Below, in pieces: positions 51,972 through 60,202 of a DNA stretch of 64,000 bases. The stretch comes from Candidatus Nanoarchaeia archaeon (GTDB lineage Archaea > Nanobdellota > Nanobdellia > Pacearchaeales > GW2011-AR1). A program made the translations under genes and the position numbers. The first letter of the stretch is position 1, and the number at the start of each line of letters is the position of its first letter. The stretch covers positions 300,520 to 364,519 of the forward strand of contig JAQTST010000001.1 of the NCBI GenBank assembly GCA_028711165.1, read 5' to 3'. Under the pieces are notes generated by a model that was not told where the DNA came from, ran no database searches, and saw only the letters and a program-made list of their open reading frames with translations.

Positions 51972-53285
51972 CTATCTTCCCAACCCCATTGATGCCTTGC
52001 AGGTTTTTTCATACAAGCCTCTGAAAATATTGTCGGGGTCTGTTCTTTTTTTGATTTCTTCATAATTCTCTTTGTTCCAAAAAGTCCAGAATTCCTCTTC
52101 AGAATAAAAATTGTTTGATATAAGAGTTTTCAGTGCTCCAAGTTTTATCAACTGCTCTTCAAGAATCCTGTAATAATTTTTGCCGTCTTTTTTCTTCATG
52201 CCATAAATTGCAATGTCCAAGAATAATTCATCTTTTGTGCTGTTGAGGAAAGACGACGATATCCATTCATAATCGCGCATTTTTCTGTAAGGCACACACC
52301 ATAGTGGAAAATGATTAAAATCTTCCTGGTACCACTCCATAAATTTTGTTATTCTTGAGAATGGGATAAACAAATCTATTGTAATCGGAATTTTGTTGTC
52401 GGGAATTATCTGGTGGAATTTTTCTGCTACCTGGAGCGTCCTCGTGGAACTCATGAATTTTCCCAATAGCAATCTGCCGATAAAAGATTTTGGATGCGCG
52501 CTCGTCAGCCCTTTGTCATATCTGAAAAAATAATCAACTGTCTTAAGGTAATCTTCTTTTCTGTTTTTCGTGCTGACAAAATAAATTTTTGTCCAGTCGT
52601 AACTGCTTGTATACGGGGCTGATGAAACAAAATTTCCGACGCTGAGAACATATTCTGTTGGTGAATGAATTATACCATCTATGAAATCAACATCTTTATT
52701 TTCAAAATGTTTCCATATTGCATTTTTGTAATCTTCAAGATTGCTGTATTTTTCATAAGTCATTTTCACGAATTTTTCTGCGGGAATTAATTTGAATTTT
52801 AATCTCGAAATTATCCCGAGAGTCCCGAATGTTCCGTGCAGCATTTGGAATAGGAGATTGTCCTTTTCAGGAGAGCAAATAATCACATCACCTTTTGCAG
52901 TTATCACTTCATATTCGATGCAGCTATCATGGAACCCGCCGTACTTGTAAGACATTGATTCTATCGAACATCCTGCAACTGCGCCGCCGATGGTTATTGT
53001 TTTGTGCTCTGGGACGGTCATGGGGACGAGATTATGTTTGAGTGCTGCGCTGACGAGCTCGATGAATGTCACTCCCGGCTCTGCGATGCAGATTTTTTCT
53101 TCGGGGTTTATGCTGATTATTTCATTTAAGTCGCTGATATCTATCTTCCTGTCTGAATATTTTTTATTCTGCGGTTTTGGAACCTGATGAGAAACAGATT
53201 TCTTTTTTAGGGAAACAGGTTCTGTGCTTTTGTACTCTTTTAACTCGCCAGCAATTCTCGCAACTTTTTCTTCATGCGTCGGCAT
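51972..53285 (-). CDS. FAD-binding oxidoreductase (FAD_binding_4; DHCR24/DWF1-like)
   Basis: ICIAEPGVT...TIGGAVAGCSIESMSYKYGGFHD...LFQMLHGTFGTLGII matches the PCMH-type FAD-binding fold of DHCR24-like enzymes. Confidence 0.65.
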   Translation of the reverse strand: MPTHEEKVARIAGELKEYKSTEPVSLKKKSVSHQVPKPQNKKYSDRKIDISDLNEIISINPEEKICIAEPGVTFIELVSAALKHNLVPMTVPEHKTITIGGAVAGCSIESMSYKYGGFHDSCIEYEVITAKGDVIICSPEKDNLLFQMLHGTFGTLGIISRLKFKLIPAEKFVKMTYEKYSNLEDYKNAIWKHFENKDVDFIDGIIHSPTEYVLSVGNFVSSAPYTSSYDWTKIYFVSTKNRKEDYLKTVDYFFRYDKGLTSAHPKSFIGRLLLGKFMSSTRTLQVAEKFHQIIPDNKIPITIDLFIPFSRITKFMEWYQEDFNHFPLWCVPYRKMRDYEWISSSFLNSTKDELFLDIAIYGMKKKDGKNYYRILEEQLIKLGALKTLISNNFYSEEEFWTFWNKENYEEIKKRTDPDNIFRGLYEKTCKASMGLGR

Positions 53286-53470
53286 TTAATTATTAGAAAG
53301 ATTTCTTTTAAAAGTTCTTCGATACTATCTGAATATTTTTGAAAAATTAACAAGATAAAGAGGACGTCCAAAGTCAGTAAAGTAGATCCGAAGATTACTT
53401 TAGGCTGATTCTTCCGCCCCTTTTTCTTTAATATTAGAGAATTTTAAATTATTTAAACTTTTCCAATAAC

Positions 53471-53478
53471 TATAAAAA
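53471..53478 (+). promoter_or_regulatory. TATA box (TATAAAAA) 29 nt upstream of the Dph2 fragment
   Basis: Intact promoter geometry in front of a truncated gene. Confidence 0.5.
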
Positions 53479-53499
53479 ACAAAAATTTCTTAATTTACT

Positions 53500-53841
53500 A
53501 TGAAAAATAAAACAATCAGCGAACTTTTGGAAAAATATGATTTGGAACTTGACAGGATTATTTCTGAGATTAAAAAAAGCAAGGCTAAATTAGTTTTGCT
53601 GCAATTTCCTGACGGGCTGAAACAATATGCACTCGCTGCAGTTGATTACCTTCAAGCGAGAATAAATTCTCCCATTCATTCGTCTAAACGCCGAATGAAA
53701 GAAAAAACAAATACAAAATTTTTAATTTGGTTTGGAAGCTGCTACGGGGCATGTGACGTTCCGACGGGATTGGAGAAACTGAAACCGAAAATTGATTTAA
53801 CAATTCAGTTTGGACACAATGAAATGATGCCGAATTTTTAA
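53500..53841 (+). pseudogene. dph2: N-terminal fragment (113 aa) of diphthamide synthase Dph2 (truncated or split gene)
   Basis: KAKLVLLQFPDGLKQYA...CYGACDVP...IDLTIQFGHN matches the first ~90 residues of archaeal Dph2 (~330-340 aa), including only the first of its three Fe-S Cys ligands. The next ~290 nt has no continuing ORF in any frame. Confidence 0.65.
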
Positions 53842-54132
53842 TATAGTTATTTCTTATGAGTGATAATAATTATTTATATATTGCATTATATATGTTAAAA
53901 TGCTGATTAGGATATATCAGTTGTCCTGAAAAGGATGCTATTATAACAGCCTCTGTCAGGTGTTCAGCTATTAATATGAAGACTGGACTATAACTCTTCA
54001 TACGGAATCTGCACTTGTTAAGCGTAGTTTATAGAGCGAAGAAGATAACCTTTAAAACAAATTGATAGGTTAAGATTGATTCATTGTGTTTAAGGCACTT
54101 TCTTCACTGAGTCCATATATCAGCATATTCAA

Positions 54133-54303
54133 ATGAAAAAAAGAGTCGTAAGGAAAAAAGTAAAGAGAGCAGCTCCTAAAAGAGCAAAAACTCGAAAGGT
54201 GAAAAGAACAACGAGAGTTTCCAAAAAGAAAACTCCGAGAAGAAAAAGCAAAGGTTCTAAGGAATCAAAAGTTAGAAAGTTAAGAAGACTTAGAAAAAAA
54301 TGA
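54133..54303 (+). CDS. Possible small, highly basic protein (56 aa), not in the ORF track
   Basis: My translation: MKKRVVRKKVKRAAPKRAKTRKVKRTTRVSKKKTPRRKSKGSKESKVRKLRRLRKK. No family recognised, and it could be a low-complexity artefact. Confidence 0.3.
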   Translation: MKKRVVRKKVKRAAPKRAKTRKVKRTTRVSKKKTPRRKSKGSKESKVRKLRRLRKK

Positions 54304-54909
54304 CTAATTTAAATCTTTGAGTTCTAAATATAAATTAGATAATGTTTTTGTATCTGCGCCAATTTTATCGATGTGTTCAATTGCTTTTTCTATCTGATTC
54401 AATTCTTCTTTCGGATTGATAATTGCGAAATCTTCTCTTTTTCTTAATTGTTTATTGTTCTTGATTCCAATAATCAATTCTCCGACGCAACCATTTGAAT
54501 ACTGGTAATTATCATTAAAGCAGATTATATTGCTGAATTTTTTTATGACTTTTTCCCACAGCGACATGTAGTGCTCCTGAGTCCAGCCTTTTGCGAAAAA
54601 TTCTCCCGGTGCTATAATATATTTGTAATTTTTATCCAATAACTCAAACTTAAATTCAAGTCCGTCTGAAATATTTTCGTCCATTATTTCTCTTTTGAAC
54701 ACCTCTTTGTCCAGCTCCTTTAATTCAGCCACAGATTTTACTTTATATTTTTCAAATATTTTATACATCCTGTATCCTGTTGTAATTGGGGAACTTGCGT
54801 AGATTACATCCTTGCATTTGTTATCAAGAACTGCTCCGAGCATTGTCAGATTAGAATTAATTTCGTCAAATATCCTGTCATTAAGTTTCACTAACTCTTC
54901 TATACCCAT
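54304..54909 (-). CDS. Hypothetical protein, possibly nucleoside 2-deoxyribosyltransferase-like/DUF4406-like
   Basis: VIYASSPITTG near the N-terminus and YSNGCVGELIIG later resemble the Rossmann-like pattern of that superfamily. Weak, judged by eye. Confidence 0.3.
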   Translation of the reverse strand: MGIEELVKLNDRIFDEINSNLTMLGAVLDNKCKDVIYASSPITTGYRMYKIFEKYKVKSVAELKELDKEVFKREIMDENISDGLEFKFELLDKNYKYIIAPGEFFAKGWTQEHYMSLWEKVIKKFSNIICFNDNYQYSNGCVGELIIGIKNNKQLRKREDFAIINPKEELNQIEKAIEHIDKIGADTKTLSNLYLELKDLN

Positions 54910-54948
54910 ATATCTATTTTAGAAAAAGAGTTTAAAAGAATTTATGTC

Positions 54949-55653
54949 CTAAATCCAATTCATCAGCATTGCAACTCCTACGGAGAGAAGCAAGATTCCT
55001 GCGATTAGGTGGATGAGTTTTATGTTCTTATTTCTCCAGTTGGAAATTCCTTCAGTGGTTGTGAATCCTTTGTAAATTACTAACGTGATTATAATTAATG
55101 GCAACACTGCGATGAAATTGAAGTACGCCAGCCAGGGCAGGGCTCTGATTATTCCCAATTCTGAAATTGACTGCACAGCGACGAGAAGAGGCGCCATTGT
55201 GCACGGGCCGAGGAAAAGCGTGATGATAAATCCTGTGAAAAATGCGCCGACAGGCGAAGTTATTTTTTCGATAATTCTTTTTGCTTTTGTCATCATCCAG
55301 ATTGGCGTTTCTGTCGCGAAACTTCCTTTTTTGTAAAAGAAAAAATTCTTAATCTGCAAACCACCGACGAGCATCGCCACGACGGCAAAAACATATTTTA
55401 TGTAAACTGAACTTTGCTTTAGCAGTTCAGCAAATGTCTGGAATAACTGAAGTAAAACTATTCCGTAAAATAAATATCCGAGAAAAACTGCAGTGATAAA
55501 AGCAAATCCTGCGAACAGGACTCTTTTTTTCTTCTCTGAATTTTGAGTCAGAATTGTAATAAGAACGAGAACGAGCATCGCAATCTGACAGGGATTTATA
55601 GCATTAACAAGTGCGAGAGAAGTAATTTTTCCGATAGTGAAAATGTCCGCCAT
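54949..55653 (-). CDS. DsbD/CcdA-family thiol-disulfide transporter membrane protein
   Basis: About 6 TM helices. An NPCQ motif in TM1 and a second Cys motif (LGPCTMAPL) fit the CcdA/DsbD_2 pattern. Confidence 0.7.
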   Translation of the reverse strand: MADIFTIGKITSLALVNAINPCQIAMLVLVLITILTQNSEKKKRVLFAGFAFITAVFLGYLFYGIVLLQLFQTFAELLKQSSVYIKYVFAVVAMLVGGLQIKNFFFYKKGSFATETPIWMMTKAKRIIEKITSPVGAFFTGFIITLFLGPCTMAPLLVAVQSISELGIIRALPWLAYFNFIAVLPLIIITLVIYKGFTTTEGISNWRNKNIKLIHLIAGILLLSVGVAMLMNWI

Positions 55654-55678
55654 AAAAAATAATTGTTTTTTCTGTTTA

Positions 55679-56050
55679 TTAATCTTGGTAGCCGGTTAAT
55701 TCTTTTAGTTCTTCAATTGTTTTTACTCCGACGTATTTTTCTCCGTTAATAACCCATGTTGGTGTTGCTTCTATTCCAGCGTCGATAAACTTTTGCCTGT
55801 TTTCTTCTTTAATTCCGTCGAGAATGTTGAGATACCTTACATTAATTCCGAATAAATCTTCCTGCTCTTCACAATGCACGCATCCTGTCTGGACATATAA
55901 AACAGAATGTTCGCCTATCCATTTTGCAACTTTTTCCGACGGAGTGTCCTGAATTGTTCCTCCGGTGAAATTTTTCATCACGATTATTCCGCCTGCTAAA
56001 AGCAAGATAATGACAATAACACTTAATGTTGCTAATTTGTTTTTTTCCAT
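55679..56050 (-). CDS. Membrane-anchored thioredoxin-fold protein (CxxC)
   Basis: N-terminal TM, then TGCVHCEEQ (CxxC) and ...TPTWVINGEKYVG, typical of a Trx/Grx fold. Confidence 0.7.
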   Translation of the reverse strand: MEKNKLATLSVIVIILLLAGGIIVMKNFTGGTIQDTPSEKVAKWIGEHSVLYVQTGCVHCEEQEDLFGINVRYLNILDGIKEENRQKFIDAGIEATPTWVINGEKYVGVKTIEELKELTGYQD

Positions 56051-56089
56051 AATTAATAGAATAAGAAATGGGTTTTAAACTTTGCGAAG

Positions 56090-56392
56090 TTAATAATCAG
56101 GAATATCTTCATCAAATTTTTTTTGTCCTTTTGGGGCTGGTGAGCTTCCTGAATCTCCTGATGCTTTCAAGTCGTTTTGAGCGATTGAATTTATCATGCT
56201 TTTGAACTCGGCGAATTTTTCTGCAGGGATTCTCAGTCCTTTTTTTGTTGGGCCAGTGTATTTGTCGCTGGTTGTGAATTCTCTTATGTCAACGCCGACT
56301 TTTCCGTTGTATTCTCTTATTCCAACAACAATGTCTGTCGATGTTCCCTGATATTCCCCTTTGTTTATTTTTCCTATATCTTTGTCAGTCAT
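56090..56392 (-). CDS. PC4/YdbC-like ssDNA-binding protein
   Basis: VGVDIREF...YTGPTKKGLRIPAEKF matches the PC4 core pattern. Confidence 0.55.
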   Translation of the reverse strand: MTDKDIGKINKGEYQGTSTDIVVGIREYNGKVGVDIREFTTSDKYTGPTKKGLRIPAEKFAEFKSMINSIAQNDLKASGDSGSSPAPKGQKKFDEDIPDY

Positions 56393-56507
56393 ACTAGATT
56401 TTAGAAATGTCTGTTTAAATATTTTTATATATTCTGTATATTTTATGATAAATCTCTATATTCTGAAGTATAATTAAGGTTAAAAACAGAGATGCTATTT
56501 ATTCCAT

Positions 56508-56651
56508 ATGATTGATGATTGTCCGAAGTGCCACGGAACAGGGATTGTTAAAGAAAAAGACGGCTCTGTCCACACCTGCTGGGACTGCCTGCAACGCGGG
56601 AAATTTGATGTTCATTCAGAAAACGTTCCTGATTCTAAGATAAGGGTTTAA
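56508..56651 (+). CDS. Small zinc-finger protein (47 aa; CxxCxGxG...CxxC), not in the ORF track
   Basis: My translation: MIDDCPKCHGTGIVKEKDGSVHTCWDCLQRGKFDVHSENVPDSKIRV, with a DnaJ-type CxxCxGxG motif. Confidence 0.45.
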   Translation: MIDDCPKCHGTGIVKEKDGSVHTCWDCLQRGKFDVHSENVPDSKIRV

Positions 56652-57271
56652 AATAATTTATCTACATAACTTCTGATCTGTTGTTGCATCTCTTCTGTTC
56701 CATTTGATATATAATTTATGACTATACAATTTTGGTTCGAGTGTGCTATTTCCAGATATCCGTGTCTTACTCTTTTATGATACTCTAATCCTTTATTTGA
56801 AAATCTATTGTCTTTCACTAATTCTTTTTCTAATCCTTTTTCTAATCCTTTTTCTGGGACTATATCTATAATAAACGCGATATCAGGTTCAATTCCTCTC
56901 ATTGCAATTTTATTAATGAACCTAATCCACCTTAAATCTACTTCTCCGCCATATCCTTAGTAGGCTTCTGTTGAATATCCTGAACGGTCTGAAATTACAT
57001 TTATTTCTTCTTTTAATTTTGGAATCAATATTTTGTCAAAAAATTCTGCTCTCGCAAATTCAAATCCGAACAATTCTCCTATTGGTGAGATATCTTCTGA
57101 ATTATGTTTCAAAATTTTTCTCATTTCTTCTGCAGATTTAACTCCTCCGGGTTCTCTTCCCAGATAACAGGGAATATTTTTTTCCTTAAGATAATTAAAT
57201 AACAATTCTGCCTGGGTTGTTTTTCCGCAACCTTCACCACCTTCGATAACGATATATTTTCCTGCTCCCAT
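56648..57271 (-). pseudogene. tmk: Thymidylate kinase interrupted by a single in-frame TAA
   Basis: The N-terminal ORF (P-loop IEGGEGCGKTT, ...DRSGYSTEAY*) and the C-terminal ORF (...PDIAFIIDI...) are in the same frame. The stop at 56957..56959 sits where the conserved Gln of the AYQG motif is expected (CAA to TAA). A 12-nt tandem repeat (EKGL EKGL EKEL) lies in the lid region at 56824..56858. Confidence 0.75.
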
Positions 57272-57340
57272 TCATCCCCTACACGAAATAATTTTTTAAG
57301 CAAGTAGATAATTGAAAATATATTTTAGAGAAGTAGATTA

Positions 57341-57348
57341 TTTAAAAA
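57341..57348 (+). promoter_or_regulatory. TATA-like box (TTTAAAAA) 29 nt upstream of thyX
   Basis: Spacing rule. Confidence 0.5.
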
Positions 57349-57369
57349 ATAAAATTACTAATATACAAA

Positions 57370-58221
57370 ATGGAAACAAAAAGATTGGTGGTTCCTGTTG
57401 CAGAGGAAATTCTCGGAAGGGAATATTCTGTTCTGAATAAGGGGTTTATTCGGCTGGTTGATTATATGGGTGGGGATGAATCAATTGTACAAGCTGCGAG
57501 AGTTGCTTACGGGAAAGGAACTAAAAAGGTAAGTGAAGGCAGAGGGCTCATCAGAAATCTAATGAGAAATGAACACACCAGTCCGTTTGAAATGGTTGAG
57601 TTCAAGTGGCACTGCAAGATGCCGATTTTTGTTGCGCGACAATGGATAAGACACAGAACAGCGAATGTAAATGAATACAGCATGAGATATTCGCAGCCGA
57701 GAGATGAATTTTATATTCCTGCACTTGAGAGAGTTAAGTTTCAAAGTTCTTCAAATAAACAGGGAAGCGGAGAAGAGGTTCCGAAGGATTTAGCGCTTGA
57801 GTTTGTGGATTGGGTTATTAATACCGACGATGATTCTATGAAAAAATACAAAAAATTTTCTGATGAGAATATTGCGAGAGAACTTGTTAGAATTGGTTTG
57901 CCTTTGAACACTTATACTGAATGGTACTGGAAATGTGATTTGCATAACACTCTGCATTTTTTGAAATTGAGAATGGCGCCGGAGGCGCAGTATGAAATCA
58001 GAGAATATGCGAATGCTATGGCTGGAATTATCAAACAAATTGTCCCTTTGACTTACGAAGCATTTGACGATTATGTTCTTGGAGGAGTCAGATTAAGCAA
58101 ACAGGAAATTGAAACGATGAAAAAATATGGAATGAAAATTTCTGCAAACGAATTAGAAGAGAGTAATCTTAGTGGGGGAGAACAAAAAGAATTTTTAGAG
58201 AAGTTAAAGAAATTTGAATAA
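57370..58221 (+). CDS. thyX: FAD-dependent thymidylate synthase ThyX
   Basis: ThyX motif region WIRHRTANVNEYSMRYS; 283 aa. Confidence 0.85.
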   Translation: METKRLVVPVAEEILGREYSVLNKGFIRLVDYMGGDESIVQAARVAYGKGTKKVSEGRGLIRNLMRNEHTSPFEMVEFKWHCKMPIFVARQWIRHRTANVNEYSMRYSQPRDEFYIPALERVKFQSSSNKQGSGEEVPKDLALEFVDWVINTDDDSMKKYKKFSDENIARELVRIGLPLNTYTEWYWKCDLHNTLHFLKLRMAPEAQYEIREYANAMAGIIKQIVPLTYEAFDDYVLGGVRLSKQEIETMKKYGMKISANELEESNLSGGEQKEFLEKLKKFE

Positions 58222-58223
58222 AA

Positions 58224-58532
58224 TTAATCTTTCATTTCAATCTTGATATTAACATTTTTGGGAATGTAAGTTTTCATAATGCTGTGCAGAACTTTTTCGT
58301 TTGCAGGCAAGTCGATTAGTCTTTTGTGAATTCTCATTTCAAATCTGTCGAATGTTGCTGTTCCGTTTCCGCAAGGCGATTTTCTTGTTGTAACTTTCAA
58401 TCTTTTTGTAGGCAATGGGACAGGACCTGAGATAGGAACTCCTGATTTTTTAGCGATATCCTTGATAGATTCGCAAATAGCGTTGAGCATTTCTATGTCT
58501 GTGCTGTTTAGTTTTATTCTTACTTTACTCAT
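58224..58532 (-). CDS. rps10: Ribosomal protein S10
   Basis: KVRIKLNSTD...GPVPLPTKRLKVTTRKSPCGNGTATFDRFEMRIHKRLIDL is canonical S10. Confidence 0.9.
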   Translation of the reverse strand: MSKVRIKLNSTDIEMLNAICESIKDIAKKSGVPISGPVPLPTKRLKVTTRKSPCGNGTATFDRFEMRIHKRLIDLPANEKVLHSIMKTYIPKNVNIKIEMKD

Positions 58533-58576
58533 AAGATAGAAATTAAAAAGCAGTTTAAAAATCTTTTGTGGGAAAA

Positions 58577-58584
58577 TTTAAATA
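58577..58584 (+). promoter_or_regulatory. TATA-like box (TTTAAATA) 29 nt upstream of serS
   Basis: Spacing rule. Confidence 0.5.
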
Positions 58585-58605
58585 GAACTTCCCCATATTC
58601 TTCCT

Positions 58606-59895
58606 ATGATTGACATCAAACTTATTCGGGAAAATCCTGAACTTGTAAAAGAGAACATCAAGAAAAAATTTCAGAACGACAAACTTGCTCTCGTTGATAA
58701 AATTATAAAACTCGATGAGGAATGGAGAAAACTGAAATACAAAGAAGACGGGCTGAGAAGTGAGAGGAACAAAATTTCCAAAGAAATCAGCGAGGCGAAA
58801 AAGGTGAAAAAGAGCGTTGCTGCACTGCTGAAAAAAGCCAGAGAAATTCCTGACGAAATTGAAAAGCTCGACGAGAAAAAGGGAAAACTCGAAGAGCAGA
58901 TTAAAGAACTGATGATGGTTATTCCGAATATAATCGACAAATCTGTTCCGATTGGAAAAGACGATTCCCAGAATGTTGAACTGAAAAAATTCGGCAAACC
59001 GGAAGTGCCTTCTTATGAAATTCTGCATCACGCAAAACTTGCTGAAAAAAATGAATGGGCTGATTTTGATTCTGCCAGAGAAACTTCGGGAAACGGGTTT
59101 TATTACCTGACAGGAGATTTGGCTTTGCTTCACTCTGCCCTTTTGGCTTTTGCTAGAGACTACATGGTGAGCCAGGGATTTAGTTATGTAATTCCTCCGT
59201 TCATGATTAGAAGAAAAGTTGTCGAGGGAGTTATGTCATTCAAAGAAATGGACGCGATGATGTACAAGATTGACGGCGAGGATTTGTATCTAATTGGAAC
59301 TTCTGAACACTCAATGATTGGAAGATTTATTGACAAGACTATTTCAGGAAAGAAAATTCCGCTTTTACTGACGAGCTATTCTTCATGTTTCAGGAAAGAA
59401 GTCGGAAGCCACGGGATTGACGAGAAAGGACTTTACAGAGTTCACCAGTTTGAAAAACAGGAAATGATTGTAATCTGCGAGCCGGAAGATTCTTACAAGT
59501 GGTATGATAAGATGTGGAAATACAGCGTTGAAATTTTTGAAAAACTGAATATTCCTGTGAGAACTTTGGAATGCTGTTCAGGAGATTTAGCTGACCTGAA
59601 AGCAAAATCTGTCGACGTTGAAGCCTGGAGTCCGAGGCAGAAAAAATATTTTGAAGTTGGAAGCTGTTCTAATCTGACAGATGCACAGGCACGGAGACTT
59701 AATATCAGAATTGAAGGCAGGGGGAAAATTTATTTCGCGCACACTTTGAACAACACTGTTCTTGCTTCACCAAGGGCATTAATTGCTTTTCTTGAAAACA
59801 ATCAGCAGAAAGACGGGAGCATAAAAATACCGACGGTGTTACAGAGTTACATGGGCGGGAAAAAATTTATCGGAAAAAATGAAAAAAATAAATAA
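58606..59895 (+). CDS. serS: Seryl-tRNA synthetase
   Basis: N-terminal coiled-coil arm and class II motifs (FRKEVGSHG, GSCSNLTDAQARRLNIR). 429 aa. Confidence 0.9.
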   Translation: MIDIKLIRENPELVKENIKKKFQNDKLALVDKIIKLDEEWRKLKYKEDGLRSERNKISKEISEAKKVKKSVAALLKKAREIPDEIEKLDEKKGKLEEQIKELMMVIPNIIDKSVPIGKDDSQNVELKKFGKPEVPSYEILHHAKLAEKNEWADFDSARETSGNGFYYLTGDLALLHSALLAFARDYMVSQGFSYVIPPFMIRRKVVEGVMSFKEMDAMMYKIDGEDLYLIGTSEHSMIGRFIDKTISGKKIPLLLTSYSSCFRKEVGSHGIDEKGLYRVHQFEKQEMIVICEPEDSYKWYDKMWKYSVEIFEKLNIPVRTLECCSGDLADLKAKSVDVEAWSPRQKKYFEVGSCSNLTDAQARRLNIRIEGRGKIYFAHTLNNTVLASPRALIAFLENNQQKDGSIKIPTVLQSYMGGKKFIGKNEKNK

Positions 59896-60130
59896 AAGAA
59901 AAAACAAGTTTGACAGATTTTTTTTACTGAACTGGAAAAAAATATTTCTTGGAATGATAATCTGGGTTGGTGCAGTCGTTCTCCATAATCTGACTTATGC
60001 TTTTATTATCGGAGTCCTGAAGATAAATATCGTTGATGAACCTTTTTTCTTCGTAATTGCAGTTATTTTTATTCCGTTATATTTTTTGATTTCTATTATT
60101 TATACTCTTATTCAGAAATTAAGAAAATAA
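59879..60130 (+). CDS. Small membrane protein (83 aa, 2 TM)
   Basis: Basic N-terminus and two hydrophobic helices. Overlaps the serS end by 17 nt. Confidence 0.45.
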   Translation: MKKINKRKNKFDRFFLLNWKKIFLGMIIWVGAVVLHNLTYAFIIGVLKINIVDEPFFFVIAVIFIPLYFLISIIYTLIQKLRK

Positions 60131-60202
60131 TTCTGAGAAAAGATTATAAAGCAAAGTTTATTATATAAAATATATTTCACAGAGGTATAAGGAGGTGATA
60201 AA

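Noticed and set aside
53286-53499. Possible small RNA in the divergent promoter region (GGACGTCC palindrome; 7-bp stem TAAAGTA/TACTTTA followed by CCGCCCCTTTTT)
   Set aside because: The region must already hold two divergent promoters. The structures are short and no known motif was recognised. The evidence is too weak for a feature call.
53857-53907. Box C/D sRNA (ATGAGTGATAA ... GCTGA)
   Set aside because: The putative C box lacks the second GA (GUGAUAA against RUGAUGA). There are no C'/D' boxes and no terminal stem.
53842-54132. SRP RNA or RNase P RNA in the ORF-free stretch
   Set aside because: Terminal complementarity resembles archaeal SRP helix 1. However, I could not find the helix 8 GNAR/AGCA motifs or the RNase P CR-I/CR-V blocks (GAGGAAAGUCC-type). 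I kept it only as an unclassified candidate within the Dph2 finding.
56957-56959. TAA reassigned to Gln genome-wide (alternative genetic code)
   Set aside because: Many confidently identified genes here terminate at TAA at the expected protein length (for example trpS-region ORFs, rps28e and gyrB). No other conserved gene shows an internal TAA.
58555-59133. 192-aa minus-strand ORF overlapping the start of serS
   Set aside because: It is antisense to a confidently identified serS and has low-complexity, F-rich composition.
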